The notes: generated from the letters alone by a model not told the origin. Counted from the stretch's first letter, positions 1 through 17,502 are shown. The stretch: 64,000 nucleotides of DNA from the human T2T-CHM13v2.0 reference genome, Homo sapiens (GCF_009914755.1 NC_060929.1); one strand, 5' to 3'. Translations and numbers: made by a program.

Positions 1-3402
<3,402 letters not shown>

Positions 3403-3809
3403 GAATTGGAACATGGGTCAGGAAAATGTAAGAGACACCACTAATGACAAAGTGTGGTGTGTGCAAACATTCTACACTTGCATATGACATTAGAAAAGTA
3501 ATAGCCATATAATTTAAATATTTTGAACTATCTCTGCAAATGAATATCAAAGTGCCAGAGACTCAAAACCAAAACTCATATTAGACAGCCCTTATACCTA
3601 GGCATTAAGTGGTCAGTAAAGTAAAGCATAAATTATTATTTCTGTAAGTGCAAATAATTTATCATGTAAGATGACCCAGAGCAATTCGCAAGGTTCTTTG
3701 CAATGAAGTACTTACCTAGCAGGTAAAGAAATCTGCCAAATTTACATAAGAAACAAAATGAATAAATGTTTAGTAATTCAAAAACAACTAAGTGCCTTAC
3801 ATAATACTA

Positions 3810-3960
3810 CTCTGTGACCAGACTAATTATGTGTCATCTTTCTGACTCAGTTTCTTCTTCCTGTGTCCAGTCAGGGCTATTTAGAAAGGGACAATGCTGG
3901 TATTGTCTACTTTGCATGGCTGCATGAGGAGTGATCATGACTGATACTATTTGAAAATGT
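3810..3960 (+). mobile_element. Degenerate MIR fragment
   Basis: ctctgtgacc...ctgactcagtttcttc...tgcatgagga resembles MIR core. Confidence 0.4.
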
Positions 3961-4356
3961 TATGAATTTAATATAAGAAATGACATAATATATGCAAAAG
4001 GACTTTGAAAATGTGTTGACCATTATAGGAGTGATTAAAATCAGTGTAAAACAAATTATCTTAAATAAAATTTATTTTGATGCAGACATATGCCAAATGT
4101 AAAGATTTCACTGTTTTATAAAATTTATATGCATAAATTTTTAATTTCAAATGTTATAAAAGTTATTTTGTGCAGAAAAAATTTTCCCCCAAAAAAGTAT
4201 TGATAAAAATTTGAAAATGAATCCTAGTAATTATAGCAATAAGAATAGAAAGGCAGTAAAATATATGTGAATATAAACTTCTTAATTATGCCTCCAAAAC
4301 CTTCATGAGCTTCAAAAATGAATGCAATAATTTTAACAACTAAAAAGAAATTGCTT

Positions 4357-5507
4357 TTTTTCTCCCAAGATGGCTGATTAGCAACATCGGATGCCAGTTC
4401 TTCTCAGAAAGATTAAAGTTACAGGTGAATGGAATTATCTGAATAGAATACTGATGGAAGAAAGGCCCTGTTGTAATGCCCGCAGGAAGAAGCTAGGCAT
4501 CAGAAAAGGAAAGCAGCAAGAGTCTGGCAGAGATGGAGCCCCGAGGAACTTGAAGTCCCATGGAAAGGGTACATGGGTGTGGCGGCTTCTCTGATGCCCT
4601 CACCACTGCAACAATCTGCTGACCCCCAAAGTGTTGGGAAGCCCCTCTACTTTTGAAACCCTGGACAAAACTGTTGGCGGTGACTTGGGAACTTCCCTAG
4701 GACAGAGGACCAGGTGACTATCATGCACAAGGCACCTGTACTTCCCTCAGGCCTGAATTGAGATGATGGGCACCATACTGGTTGTGTACCCTGGGTGGTT
4801 ACTGCCCTGCTATTATTAAAAAGTCAGCATTGACAGATTTTGGCAAAAATGTGGAGAAAAGGGAATGCTTATATACTGTCAGCAGGAATGTAAATTAGTA
4901 CAACCCCTGTGGAAAACAGTATGAGGATTTCTCAAATAACTAAAAATAGAACTACTATTCAACCTCACAATCCCATTACTAGGTATCTACCCAAAGAAAA
5001 AGAAACCATTTTATCAAAAAGACATTTTCATTCATATTTTTATTGCAGCACCATTCACAATAGCAAAGACATGAAATCAACCTGAGTGTCCATCAACAAC
5101 TGACTGTATGAAGAAAATGTGTTTCATATACACTGTGGCATACTATGCAGCCATAAAAAAAGAATGAAGTCATGTCCTTTACAGCAACGTGGATGAAGCT
5201 GGAGGCCATTATTCTAAGTGAAATAACTCAAAATCAGAAAATCACATACCACATGGTTTCACTTATAAGTGGGGGCTAAACAATGGGTACTCATGGACAT
5301 AGGAAGTAAAATAATAAACACTTGGGGACTCCAAGAGAGGGGTAGGTGGGAGGGGGTGAGGGTTGAGAAACTACCTATGTTCTAAGTCCCTAAACACCAT
5401 GTTCATTATTTGGTTAATGGGTTCACTAGAAGCCCAAACCTCAGCGTTATGCAATACGCTGATGTAATGAAGCTGCACAAGTACATGCTGAATCGAAAAT
5501 AAAAATG
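4357..5507 (+). mobile_element. Old L1 (L1PB-like) with 5' UTR joined directly to ORF2 3' end and 3' UTR
   Basis: 5' signature ccaagatggctgatt at ~4365; from ~4811 tattattaaaaagtca ORF2 C-terminal region and L1PB-type 3' UTR; degenerate TSD aaaaagaaattgctt 4342-4356 / aaaaagaaactactt 5508-5522. Confidence 0.8.
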
Positions 5508-5589
5508 AAAAAGAAACTACTTCCAATGAAAAAAATAAAGAGCACCTTCATGAAAATAAGATAATCAAATTTCTGTTTCCACCCAGAAC

Positions 5590-6060
5590 ATATGAATTCT
5601 TCCAGTGCATATTTATTCTGCAAAATTTGCTACATGTCCCTTTCCACTGACTCCTGCTCATTCTTCAGGTCTCAAAATAGTTATCACTCCCAAAGGAAAC
5701 CTTCCCTAGGGTGCCCCTCTAAGAACAGGCTGCATTTCTACCATGGAATTTCATGCATCTTAAGTCAATTGCGTCTTTCTTTAACCCAAAAGACTGCAGA
5801 AGATCTATAAAGCCTGAGTTCTTATCTGTCTTGTTAGTGGTGCCAAATAAATACATGCTGAATTAAACAACGGACTCTGTGCTAGGAAATGCAAGTGCAA
5901 ATATAGCATGGTTCCTGACCTCAGGGAGCTCCCAAACCAGTGAAGGGGGCCCACTCTCAAATGGACAATGGGAACACCCACGGAAAGTGAAATAAAAGAG
6001 GGTGTCCTGGTGCTGGGAGAGCAGATCACAAGGAAGCCTGTCTGGACAGAGTAATGGAGT
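5590..6060. mobile_element. Degenerate L2 fragments
   Basis: ggtgccaaataaatacatgctgaatt and tctgtgctagg...ggttcctgacctcagggagctc resemble L2 3' end in opposite orientations. Confidence 0.4.
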
Positions 6061-6126
6061 AGAGAGAAGAGAGCACAATTAGCAAGTCACAGAACCCATC
6101 TGGACTATATTGTCCTTGTAAGAGAA

Positions 6127-6226
6127 TAGAAAATTTTAAATTAAAATCATAATTTAAAAATTAAATGATTAAATTATTAATCATTTAATTTAATCTCCTC
6201 TAGAAAATTTTAAATTAAAATCATAA
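6127..6226. repeat. 26-bp direct repeat flanking a 15-bp perfect inverted repeat
   Basis: tagaaaattttaaattaaaatcataa at 6127-6152 and 6201-6226; aaattaaatgattaa 6158-6172 versus ttaatcatttaattt 6177-6191. Confidence 0.9.
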
Positions 6227-8950
6227 ATGTCAGCATAAATATTTAGAATTGAGTTACCTGAAAACTGAGTTTCCAAAAAAAGATTCAAGATGGCTGACTC
6301 AAGACATTATACACCCACCTTGTCCAGAAAGAAGAGTCAACAGAGAATAACAGGGAGAGAACCTAGAGTCTAACAGAGAACTCACAGAAAACACCTGAAG
6401 CATAGAAGTCAAAGAAAGCAAGTGGCCAGCTTAGCCAAGATCAGCTGGGAGCCCCAAAGGGCTCAAAATTGCAAAAAAAGGTAAGTGAGAGCTTTGGAGT
6501 TTCACATCCTGGCCACAGACTGCTCCAATCTAAACACAGAAGAGCTTCTCTACCCACACAGACCTTGACACTAATGTGGCTGGTGATTTAGAGACCCCAT
6601 AAGGGCATTGCACCAGACAGGAAACTCCTACAGGGCCATGCCCACACAGACCTGAATAGTTGCAACAGAGCATCATTTGGGGAGCATAGCTGTCATAGGA
6701 CTGAATTCTGCTTTGAGGGCAACAGCTCCATATCTCCACGGTTCAGAATTTCCCACTTATGTTCATCACTGTCCACCTGGAGGGCTGCAGTGGCAGAGCA
6801 CTGGCTGAATCCAAAGATGCTGCAAGGTCCTCAATACTCTAGGCCACAGGAAGTGCCATTCCCCAGGGAAAGGATGGTGCAGTGCAACAAAAGGCAGCCT
6901 CTATGATGAAGTAAACCAAACTTCATTCTTTCCAGAGGCCAAGAGCTCCCTTTCTGGGAGAAAGAAGTGGCTCTGCCACCAGCAGTGGCACAAACTCTGA
7001 GCTCCACTGTGCAAGCAAAGATTAATATGCCCTTCCACTGGTGGAGTGGCCCCTGTGCTTGAGATCTCACATAGAGCTCTTCCCACTCTGCATGCCCACC
7101 CCTGCTTCTACAAGATACCAGGGCAGGTGAACCAAAAGTCTACTTGTCTGGGGCAGTAAGTGGTAACTGTAACCCCATAGATGACATGAACGCCGTGCTT
7201 GGCTTGCATAAAATGTTAGAGCCCTTCCTCCCTCTGAGTGATGCTGTGGCTCTGATGCCATGGAGAATAGGAGAGTCTGGGAGCAGTGTATCTGGAGCTG
7301 TTGAGAGTGACCATGAACTGCAGCCACCGCCAACACCAATCTATATCACTCAAGACCCAGAAGGTCATCCCATTAGTGCTACAGCCATTACCCATACCAC
7401 ACCAGCTGCCCAGGAACCTAAGGACATGCTTACCCACCTAGCCCACCATTTCCATTACCAGCATTCAAGCAAGCCACCTGGAGACTTAAGAATCAGCTGC
7501 CAAAACAGGTGCCAACATATGCCACCCTGGGGCACAAAGATAGGCATGCTCAGCCCACTGCTGCCAACACAGGGGCCTAAAGTCTGGCCCACTTGACTTC
7601 CAAGTCCCCAGCACAACTTCACTACAGCCTGTGCTAATATGTGCACCCTAACCCTCTGAGGAAATCACAGAAAGTACTAACACCATTTACAGCCAAATAA
7701 TCCATACAGAGACTACACTATTATATGCATCCAGAATCAAAGCCAAGGTGCCCTACCCAACCAACACCACAGATATATCTTCAGGAAAAAGTCCTCCCCA
7801 CAAGTAATTTCAAAAATAGGAAAAACTGATTCACAGATGCACAGAAATCAACAAAAGGGCACAGGAAACATGAAAAACAAGTCAATATGACAAAGAAAGA
7901 ACACATAATTCTCCAGCAATAGATCTTGATCAAAAAGAATCACCAAAATTCCAGATGAATAATTCAAAATATTGATTTTAAAGAAGCTCAGTGAGATACA
8001 AAAGAATTCTGAGATGAATACAAAGAAATCAGAAAAACACTTCAGGATATAAATAAGAACTGTACCAAAGACATAGATAACTTTAAAAAGAACCAGATAG
8101 AAATTCTAGAACTGAACAAATAATTGAAGAAAATACAAAATATATTTGAAAGCTTCAACAATGGAATAGATCAGGCAGAAGAAAGAATATCAGAACTTAA
8201 AGACAGGCCTTTTGAAATAACCCAGTCAGATAAAAAGAAAGAAAAAAAACAAAAAAGAATAAGCAAAGCCTTCATGACATTTGAGACAACATAAAGTGAC
8301 CAAATACACAAATTATTGGTATTCTCAAGGCAAAGAGAAAACAAAAGGATTAGAAAATCAATTTAACAAAATAATAAATGAAAAATTCCCAAGTCTGGCA
8401 AGAGATTTAGACACTCAGATGCAGGAGACTCAATGATCAATGGGCAGATACAATGAAAAATGGTCTCCATGGGACGTTATTATCAGACCATCTAAAGTCA
8501 ATGATAAGGAATAAATTCTAAAAACAGCAAGAGAAAGGTGCCTAGTCACCTATGAAGGAAACCGCATTAGATTCACAGTGGATTTCTCAGCAGAAAGTTT
8601 AAAGACCAGAAGAGAACGGGATGATATTTTTAAAGTGCTGAAAGAAAAAATCTCACAGCCAAGAAGCCAAGAATACTTTAACCAACACAATTATATTTTA
8701 TAAATGAAGAAGTAAAGTCTTTCCCAGACAAGCAAATGCTGAGGCAATTTATTATAAGAAATGCTTAAAGAATAAACAATAAGAGAAAAATAAGGGAATA
8801 AACAATATATAAAACAATCAGAAAACAATTTACAATGTGACAGAAACACAGCCTCATATATCAATAATAACCTTGAACATAAATGAATTAAATTCTCCAC
8901 TTAGAAGACACAGAATGGCTGAATTGATTTTTTTAAAAAGCATGATCCAA

Positions 8951-9176
8951 CTATGTACTGTTTATAAGAAACTCACCTTAGCAGTAAAGACACATATAAA
9001 CTGAAAGTGAAGGAATGGAAAAAGCTATTACATGCAAAAGGAACCCAAAAGTCAGCAGGAGTACTATGTACTGTTTATAAGAAACTCACCTTAGCAGTAA
9101 AGACACATATAAACTGAAAGTGAAGGAATGGAAAAAGTTATTACATGCAAAAGGAACCCAAAAGTCAGCAGGAGTA
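8951..9176 (+). repeat. 113-bp tandem duplication inside L1 ORF2 endonuclease region
   Basis: Copies 8951-9063 and 9064-9176; one visible mismatch (aagctatt/aagttatt). Confidence 0.95.
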
Positions 9177-11887
9177 GCTATACTTATATCAGATAAAAAG
9201 ACTTTATCCCAAGAACAATTAAAAAAAGACAAATAAGATGACTATACAATGATAAACAGATCAATCCAGCAAGAATATTTAACAATTCTAAACATATATA
9301 CATCCAACACTGGAGCACCCAGATTCATAAAACAAATATTCTAGATCTAAAGAAAGAAATAAACCTCAATACAATAATAGTGGGGGACTCAACATTCCAC
9401 TCTCAGCATTAAACAGATCAGCTAGACAGAAAATCAACAAAGAAACATTGAATTTAAACTGGACTTTAGACCAAATGGCCCTAACAGACATTTACAGAAC
9501 ACTCTATCCAACAACTACAGAATGTACATTTTTTTTTCCATCAACACTTGAAACATTCTGCAGGATGTACCACATATTAGGCCACATAAAAAGTCTCAGA
9601 AAAATTTTTAAAATTTGAAATCATATTAAGTGTGTTCTCAGACCACAATGGAATAAAACTAGAAATCAATAGCAAAAGGAACTTTGGAAACTATACAAAT
9701 ACATAAAAATTAAACAACATGCTCCTGAATGATTATTGGATCAATAAAAAATTAAGATGGAATTCAAAAAATTTCTTGAAACAAATGAAAATGGAACACA
9801 ACATACTAAGAACTGTGAGATACAGCAAAAGTAGTGCTAAGAGGGAAGTTTATAGCAATAAATGCCTACATCAAAAGAGTGTAAAAATTCCAAATTAGCA
9901 ATCCAACAATGCACTTCAAAGACCCAGAAAAGCAAGAATAAACCAAACCCAACATTAGCAGGAGAAAATAAAGAACAAGGGTCATAGTAGAGCTAAATGA
10001 AATTGAGACCAAAAAGCAATACAAAGGATCAACGATATGAAAAATCGTTCTTTTGAAAATATAAAAACAACTGGTAACTACTAACTAGACTAACCAGGAA
10101 GAGAGAAGACCAAATAAACAAAATCAGAAAGGAAAAAGGAGATATTACAACTGATATCACAGAAATACAAAAGATCCTCAGAGACTAACATGAACACCTA
10201 CATGCTGACAAAATGAAAAGCCTTGAGGAAATAGATAAGTTTCCGAAAACATACATCCTACTAGGATCAAAACAGGAAGAAATGAAAAACCTGAACAGAC
10301 GAATAACTGAGATTGAATCAGTAATATAAAGTCTCCCAAAAAAGAAAATCTTAAGACCAGATGGATTAACAGCTAAATTCTGCCAAATGTACAAAGAAGA
10401 ACTATTATCAATCTTCCTGAAACTATTCCAAAAAATTGAAAAGGAGAGTTCTCCCTAACTCATTCTATAAGCCCAGCATCACCTTGATACCAAAACCAAG
10501 CAAGGAAACAACAACAAAAAAAAAGAAAACTACAGGTCAATGCCTCTGATGAACATAGGCACAAAAATCCTCCTACCAGACTGAATCTAACAGCACATCA
10601 AAAAGATGGTACAATAAAATCAAGTGATCAAGTGGTACTTATCCAAGGGATCAAGAATGCTTCAACACATGCAAATTGTAAATATAATACATTAGATCAA
10701 CAGAATGAAGGACAAAAGCCATATGATCATCTTAATAGATGCAGAAAAAGCATTTGGTAAAATTCCACATCCCTTCATGATACAAAGTCTCAACCAACTA
10801 GGCATAGAAACAACATGTCTCAACATAATAAAGGCCATATATGACAAACCCGCAGGTAACATCATACTGAATAGGGAAAAGTTGAAAGCCTGTCCTCTAA
10901 AACCTAGAAAAAGACAAGCATGCCCACTTTCACTACTCCTATTCACCATAGTACCGGATGTTCTAGCCAAAGAAATCAGGAAAGACAAAGAAATAAAAGG
11001 CATTTACATAGGGAAAAGAGAAAGTCAAATTGTCCTCTTTGCTGATGAAATGATCTTATGCCTAGAGAAACCTGAAGACTTCACCAAAATTATTTTAGAT
11101 TTAATAAATGAATTCCATAGTTTCAGGATACAAAATCAATGTGCAAAAATCAGTAGCGTTTTTATACACCAATAATGATCTTGCTGAGAAAGAAAACAAG
11201 AAGAAAATCCTAGTAATAATAGCTACCAAGAAATAAAATACCTTGGAATGCATTTAACAAAGAAAGTTAAACATCTCTACAAAGAAACTATAAAACACTG
11301 ATGAAAGAAATGAAGATGACACAAAGAAATTGAAAAACATTCCATGCTAATGGATTGGATGAATTAATTTTCTTAAAATGACTATATTGCCCAAAGCCAT
11401 CTACAGACCCAATGCAATTGCTATTGAAATACCAATGATATTTTTCACAGAATTAGAAGAACAATCCTAAAATTCATGTGGAATGAAATACAGAACCTGA
11501 ATAGCCAAAGCAATCATCAGCAAAGAGAACAAAGCTAGAGAGGCATAACATTACCTGACTTCAAAATATATTACAAGGCTATAATAACCAAAACAGCGTG
11601 ATACTAGTATTAAAATAGATGTATAGACTAATGGAACAGAATAGAGAAGCCAGAAATAGAGCCACAAATTTACAGTCAACTGATCTTTAATAAAGCCAAC
11701 AAGAACTTACATTCGTAAAAAAACACACCCTTCAATAAATGCTGCTGGGAAAACTGGACAGCCAAATACAGGGTAATGAAACTAGACCCCTATTTTCTCA
11801 CTATATACAAACATTGACTCAAAATGTATTAAAGTCTTAAATGTAAGTCCTGAAACCACAAAAGTATTAGAAAAAATCTAGGGAATC

Positions 11888-12184
11888 AGCCAGGCATGGT
11901 GGCTCACGCCTGTAATCCCAGCACTTTGGGAGGCTGAGGTAGGGCAGATCACAAGGTCGGGAGTTCAAGACCAGCCTGGCCAATATGGTGAAACCCTGTC
12001 TCTACTAAAAATACAAAAATTAGCCGGGCGTGGTGATGCATGCCTGTAGTCCCAGCTACTTGGGAGGCTGAGGCAGGAGAATCTCTTGAACCCGGGAGGC
12101 AGAGGTTGCCAAGATCACACCACTGACTCCAGCCTGGGTGACAGAGCAAGATTCTGTCAAAAAATAAAATAAAATAAAATAAAA
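11888..12184 (+). mobile_element. AluS (AluSg-like) inserted in L1
   Basis: Dimeric Alu with (aaaat)n tail; TSD-like aaaatctagggaa / aaaactagggaa. Confidence 0.93.
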
Positions 12185-12895
12185 CTAGGGAAAAGTCTTC
12201 TACATATTGATCTAGGCAAATTCCTTATGACTAAGACCTCAAAATCACAGGCAACTTAAACAAAGAGAAGCAAGTGGGAATTAAACCAAAAAGCTTCTTC
12301 ACAGCAAAAGAAATAACAGAGTGAAGAGATAACCTGTTGTATGAGAGAAAATTTTTGTAAACACTTAATTTGACAGGAGACTAATATTTAGAATATACAA
12401 TGAACTCAAACAACTCAATGGGAAGACAAATAATCCCATTAAAAAGTGAGCAAAAGATATGAATAGATACTTCTCATAAGAAGACATACAGAAGGCCAAC
12501 AGTTTTATCACAAAATGTTTGACATCATTAATCATCAGAGAAATGCAAATCAAAACCACAATGAGATATCATTTTACCCCAGTAAGTATGGCTATTTTTA
12601 AAAAGACAAAAAATAACATATGTTGGTGAGGATGTGAAGAAAAGGGAATTCATACACTATTGGTAGGTATATGAACTAGTACAAACACTATGGAAAACAA
12701 TATGGAGATTCCTCAAAAATCTAAAAATAGAATTACCACTTGATCTAGTAATCCCACGACTGGGTACCTACCCAAAAGGAAATAGGTGAATATATCAAAG
12801 AAGTAACCACACTCACACATTTATTGCAGCTCTATTCACAGTAGCAAAGATATGGAATCAATCTAAATGTTCATCAATAGATAAAGAAAATATTT

Positions 12896-12931
<36 letters not shown>
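12896..12931. repeat. (TA)n(CA)n microsatellite
   Basis: Direct reading. Confidence 0.9.
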
Positions 12932-13183
12932 ATGAAATACTATTCACCAATAAAATAGAATGAAATCATGTCATTTACAGAAATATGGATGAAACTAGAG
13001 GTCATTATCTTAAGAGATACAAGCCAGGTACAAAAAGACAAATATTGGACAGGCCATGGCGGCTCACATCTGTAATCCCAGCACTTTGCAAGGCCAAGGC
13101 AGGCAGATGGCTTGAGGTCAGGAATTTGAGACCAGCCTGGCCGACATGGCGAAGCCCTGTCTCTAATGAAAATACAAAAATTA

Positions 13184-13480
13184 GGCGAGGAACGGTGGCT
13201 CACGCCTGTAATCCTAAAACTTTGGTAGGCTGAGGCAGGCAGATCACCTGAGGTCAGAAGTTCAAGACCTGCCTGGCCAACATGGTGAAACCCCGTCTCT
13301 ACTTAAAATACAAAAATTAGGTTGGCATGGTAGTGCATGCCTGTAATCCCGGCTACTCAAGAGGCTGAGGCAGGAGAATCGCTTGAACCCAGGATGGGGA
13401 GGTTGCAGTGAACCAAGATCACACCACTGTACTTCAGCCTGGGCAATAAAGTATGACTCTGTCTCAAAAAAGAAAAAAAA
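13184..13480 (+). mobile_element. Inner full-length AluS (Sx/Sq-like) in the linker of the outer Alu
   Basis: Complete dimer directly after aaaatacaaaaatta linker, followed by A tail. Confidence 0.9.
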
Positions 13481-13583
13481 TAATACATATATATTTATAT
13501 ATATATATATATATAAATGTGTGTATATATATTTTATATATATATGTGTATGTATATTATACACACACACACACACACACATA
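13481..13583. repeat. (TA)n/(TG)n/(CA)n compound microsatellite
   Basis: Direct reading. Confidence 0.9.
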
Positions 13584-13590
13584 TTAGCTA

Positions 13591-13764
<174 letters not shown>

Positions 13765-14709
13765 TCACTTATATGTGGGAAATAAAAAATTGATCACACA
13801 AAGGTAGAAAGTGAAAAGATAGATAACAGAGACTGGGAATGGTGAATTGAGAGGAAAGGGAAGGATGAAAAGACATGGATTAAAAGATACAAATATATAG
13901 TAAGGTGGAAGGAATAAACTCAATGTTTGATAGCAGAGTAGGGTGATTATACTTCACGAATAGGTACTGTACTCAGGTGATGGACATGCTAAATACCCTG
14001 ACTTAATCACTATGCCTTATATAGATGTAACAAAACTTCAAATGTACCCCATAAATTTGTACAAATTTTAAAAAATAAAAATAATACTGAGGGGGGTAGC
14101 CAAGATGGCTGATTAGAAGCAGCTAGTGTACATGACTCTCACACAAAAGAATGAAAGGGAATGAATGTAAATACAGCATCTTCAACTGACACATCCAGGT
14201 ACATGCATTGGAACTAATGCAAGGAAACAACTCGACCCAAGAGAATGGAGAAAAGCAAGGCAGGATGACGGCCCACCCGGGAGTGACACAGAGCCAGGGG
14301 AACCTCCCCCTGCCCCCACCAGGGATGCAGTGAGTATGAGTGAGCAACCCCAAAAAACCATGCTTCTCTCATAGATCTTTGCAACCCTCAGGTCAGGAGC
14401 TCCCCTCATGAACCCACTCCACCAGGGCCTTCAGTCTAACAAACAGAGCTACATGGAGCCACACAGGTACACATGGAGACCCAGAAGCCTTAGATACCTG
14501 GGTTTTTCAGGCTTCCCAGCAAAAATAGCTGCCGCTCCAGCAAAGCAGGAGATTAGACCCTGTACATACCTCTAGGAAAGGGGCTGAATCCAGGGCACTG
14601 ATCAGCAACAGTCTGTAGTCCCTACTTCCAAGGTACCTCACAGGATAAGATGCACTGGCTTGGAATTTCAGCCAGCCACCTGTAGCAGCATTGTACCTAC
14701 CTGAAAGGA

Positions 14710-15350
14710 GGCTCCCATGGAAAGTGGTGGGCCTCCATCTTTGCTGTTTGAGTGACTTAGCCGTCCCAGCCTTTGGGCTTTGGAGAGTCCAAGCTGACCG
14801 GGGCGGAAGGAGTACCTGAGCACAGCACAGCTGTTCTACAAAAAAAGTGGTCAGGCTTCTTTTTCAAGTGGGTCCTCAATCCTGTTCCTCCTAACTGGGA
14901 GGGACCTCCCAACCAGGGTCTCCAGCCACCCTCCCCACTTTTTTCTGGCTGACAAGGATTTGAAACCTCTCTAGGATGGAGCTCCCAAAGACAGGGGTGG
15001 GCCACCGTTTTTGCTGTTTGGGTGACTTAGCCATTCCACTCTTCAGGCTTTGAAGAGTCTTGAGGTGACCAGAGGCTGAAGTGGATCCCCAACACAGCAC
15101 AGCTGCTCCACTAAAAGCATGGCCATTCTGTTTTATTAAGCAGATCCCCAATCGCATTTCTCCTCACTGGGTGAGGCCTCCCAACTGGAGTCTGTAGCCA
15201 CCTCCTACAGGTGCATTGGGACTGGCAAAAGAGTCAAACCTCCATAGAACAGAGCTCCTAGAGAGAGGAGCAGGCCACCATCTTTGCTGTTTTGCAGCCT
15301 TCGCTGTTGGTACCTCCAGGTACTAGAAAATCTGAGGTGACTATGGACTG
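14710..15350 (+). repeat. About three diverged ~270-bp tandem units in the L1 5' UTR
   Basis: gagctcc...ggcc(t/a)cc(a/g)t(c/t)tttgctgttt recurs at ~14710, ~14979 and ~15252. Confidence 0.75.
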
Positions 15351-17140
15351 GAGTGAGTTCCCAGCATACTGCAGCAGCCCTAAGGAAAAGTGACCAGACT
15401 GTTAACATGGGTGCCCATTCCCGTATCTCTTCACTGGGTAAGTTCTCCAGGCCTGGGCCTCCAGCCACCCCTCACTGAGAGTATCAAGCCAGTAAGCAGC
15501 TCAGCAACTCCCTGAACAGAGCCCCCAGGGGCAACTGAAAGCCTCTCTGCCACTACTTCTGCAGTGAAACTGGCCTTGCTACTCTCAGACTAATGAAGGA
15601 GCAAAGACCCTAAATGCCTTATCCACACCTTCAACAAGCTGCAGCAGACCCAAACAGAGGAGGTCAGTCCATCTTCCACGGGTCCCATCCACCCCCACTG
15701 CTTCTCACCAAACAAGGAACCCCCGACTTGCACCCACAGCACAGACCCTCCATCCTGGCCCAATTGCACTTAATTATTGCTGACCTGCATCCCTCTGGGG
15801 TGGAGCCCCTAGGAGACAAGCAAAAGACCCTTGGCTACAACCACTACTAAGGTCCCTTCTTCTACTCTCTCCAAGTTGGGAAAGGAACATAAATACTGAG
15901 ATCACCCCAAAACTGCAGTGGGCAGCCCAGGAATGCCAAGCCAGAATCTACAGCCAGCAGTCAAGATGGAGAGGAACCCACGCTTTCAGAGCATTGAGAG
16001 GAAACACAGTTGCAACTCTGAGAAAACATAGAGGAAGCATATGACTGAGCAAGAGTCTACCAACCAACCAATATATCTAAGTGCCACCTACTGAATCACA
16101 CTTCAAAGCTTCAATACAAAATTACCTTACTAACCTACCCCCTCTGAAACCAAAGACAAGAAGTCAGCTTCAAATAAAGACACTGCACAAAGCTGCAGCC
16201 CTGTGAAAACATCCAGAAAAGAACTCTACTGACTGTACTCAATATACACTGCAGTTAAATGAACACCCAAATGTAGAGATAGGAAAGATTCAATGCAAGA
16301 ACTTTGGTACCTCAAATGGCCTGTTCTATGTCCTCCAAACAACTGCACGAATTCTCCAGTAAGAGTTCTTAATCAGACTGAGTTGGCTGAAATGACAGAA
16401 ATATAACTCAGAATATGGATAGGAATAAAAATCATTAAGATTCAGGAGGATAGAAAAACCCAGTCCAAGGAAACTGAGAATCACAGGAAAGCCATACAGG
16501 AGCTAAAGGACAAAATAGCCAATATATTAAAAAATAAAACAAAAAAACACTAATGTGTCTGACAGAACTGAATAACACAATACAATAATTTCACAATGCA
16601 GTCACAAGTATTACCAACAGAATAAACCAAGCTGAGAAGTAAAATTCAGAACTTTAAGACTAGCTCTCTGAAATAAGACTGTCAGACAAAAATCAAATAA
16701 AAAGAATAAGAAGGAATGAGCAAAACCTCCAAGAAGTATGAGATCATGTAAAGAGGCCAAATCTACAAATCACTGGCATGCCTGAAATGGTGGGCAAGAA
16801 AGCAAACAACCTGGAAAACATACTTCAGGATATTGTTCATGACAACTTCCCCAACCTTGCTAGAGAGGCCAGCAGTCAAATTCAGGAAATACAGAGACTC
16901 CTGCAAGATTCTGCACAAGGATTATCCCCAAGACTCTAATCATCAGATTTTCCAAGGTCAAAATGAAAGAAAGAATATTAAAGGCAGCTAAAGAGAAAGG
17001 TGAGGTCACCTACAAAGGGAACCCCATCAGGCTAACAGTGGGACCTCTGAGCTGAAGCTCTACAAGCCAGAAGAGATTCAGGGCCTATATTCAATATTCT
17101 TAAAGAAAAAAAATCTTCAACCAAGAATTTCATATCCAGC

Positions 17141-17502
17141 TGTATTAGTCCATTTTCACACTGCTGATAAAGACTTACCCAAAACTGGGTAATTTATAAG
17201 GAAAAACAGGTTTAGTGGACTGACAGTTCCATGTGGCTGGGGAGGCCTCACAATCATGGCATAAGGTGAAAGGCATGTCTCCCATGGTGGCAAACAAGGG
17301 AAGAGAACTTGTGCAGGGAAACTCCCCTTTATAAAACCATCAGATTTCATGAGACTTATTCACTATCATGAGAACAGCACAGGAAAAAAGACCTGCCCCA
17401 TGATTCAATTACCTCCCACCAAGTCCCTCCCACAACATGTAGGAATTATGGGAGCTAAAATTTAAGATGAGATTTGAGTGGGGACACAGCCAAACCATAT
17501 CA
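17141..17502 (-). mobile_element. Solo THE1 (THE1B/C-like) MaLR LTR in L1 ORF1
   Basis: tgtattagtcc...gacacagccaaaccatatca; TSD-like ccagc / ccacgc. Confidence 0.92.

Noticed and set aside
7144-7596. 150-aa ORF
   Set aside because: Lies in the L1MA 5' UTR, non-ATG start, no recognisable domain.
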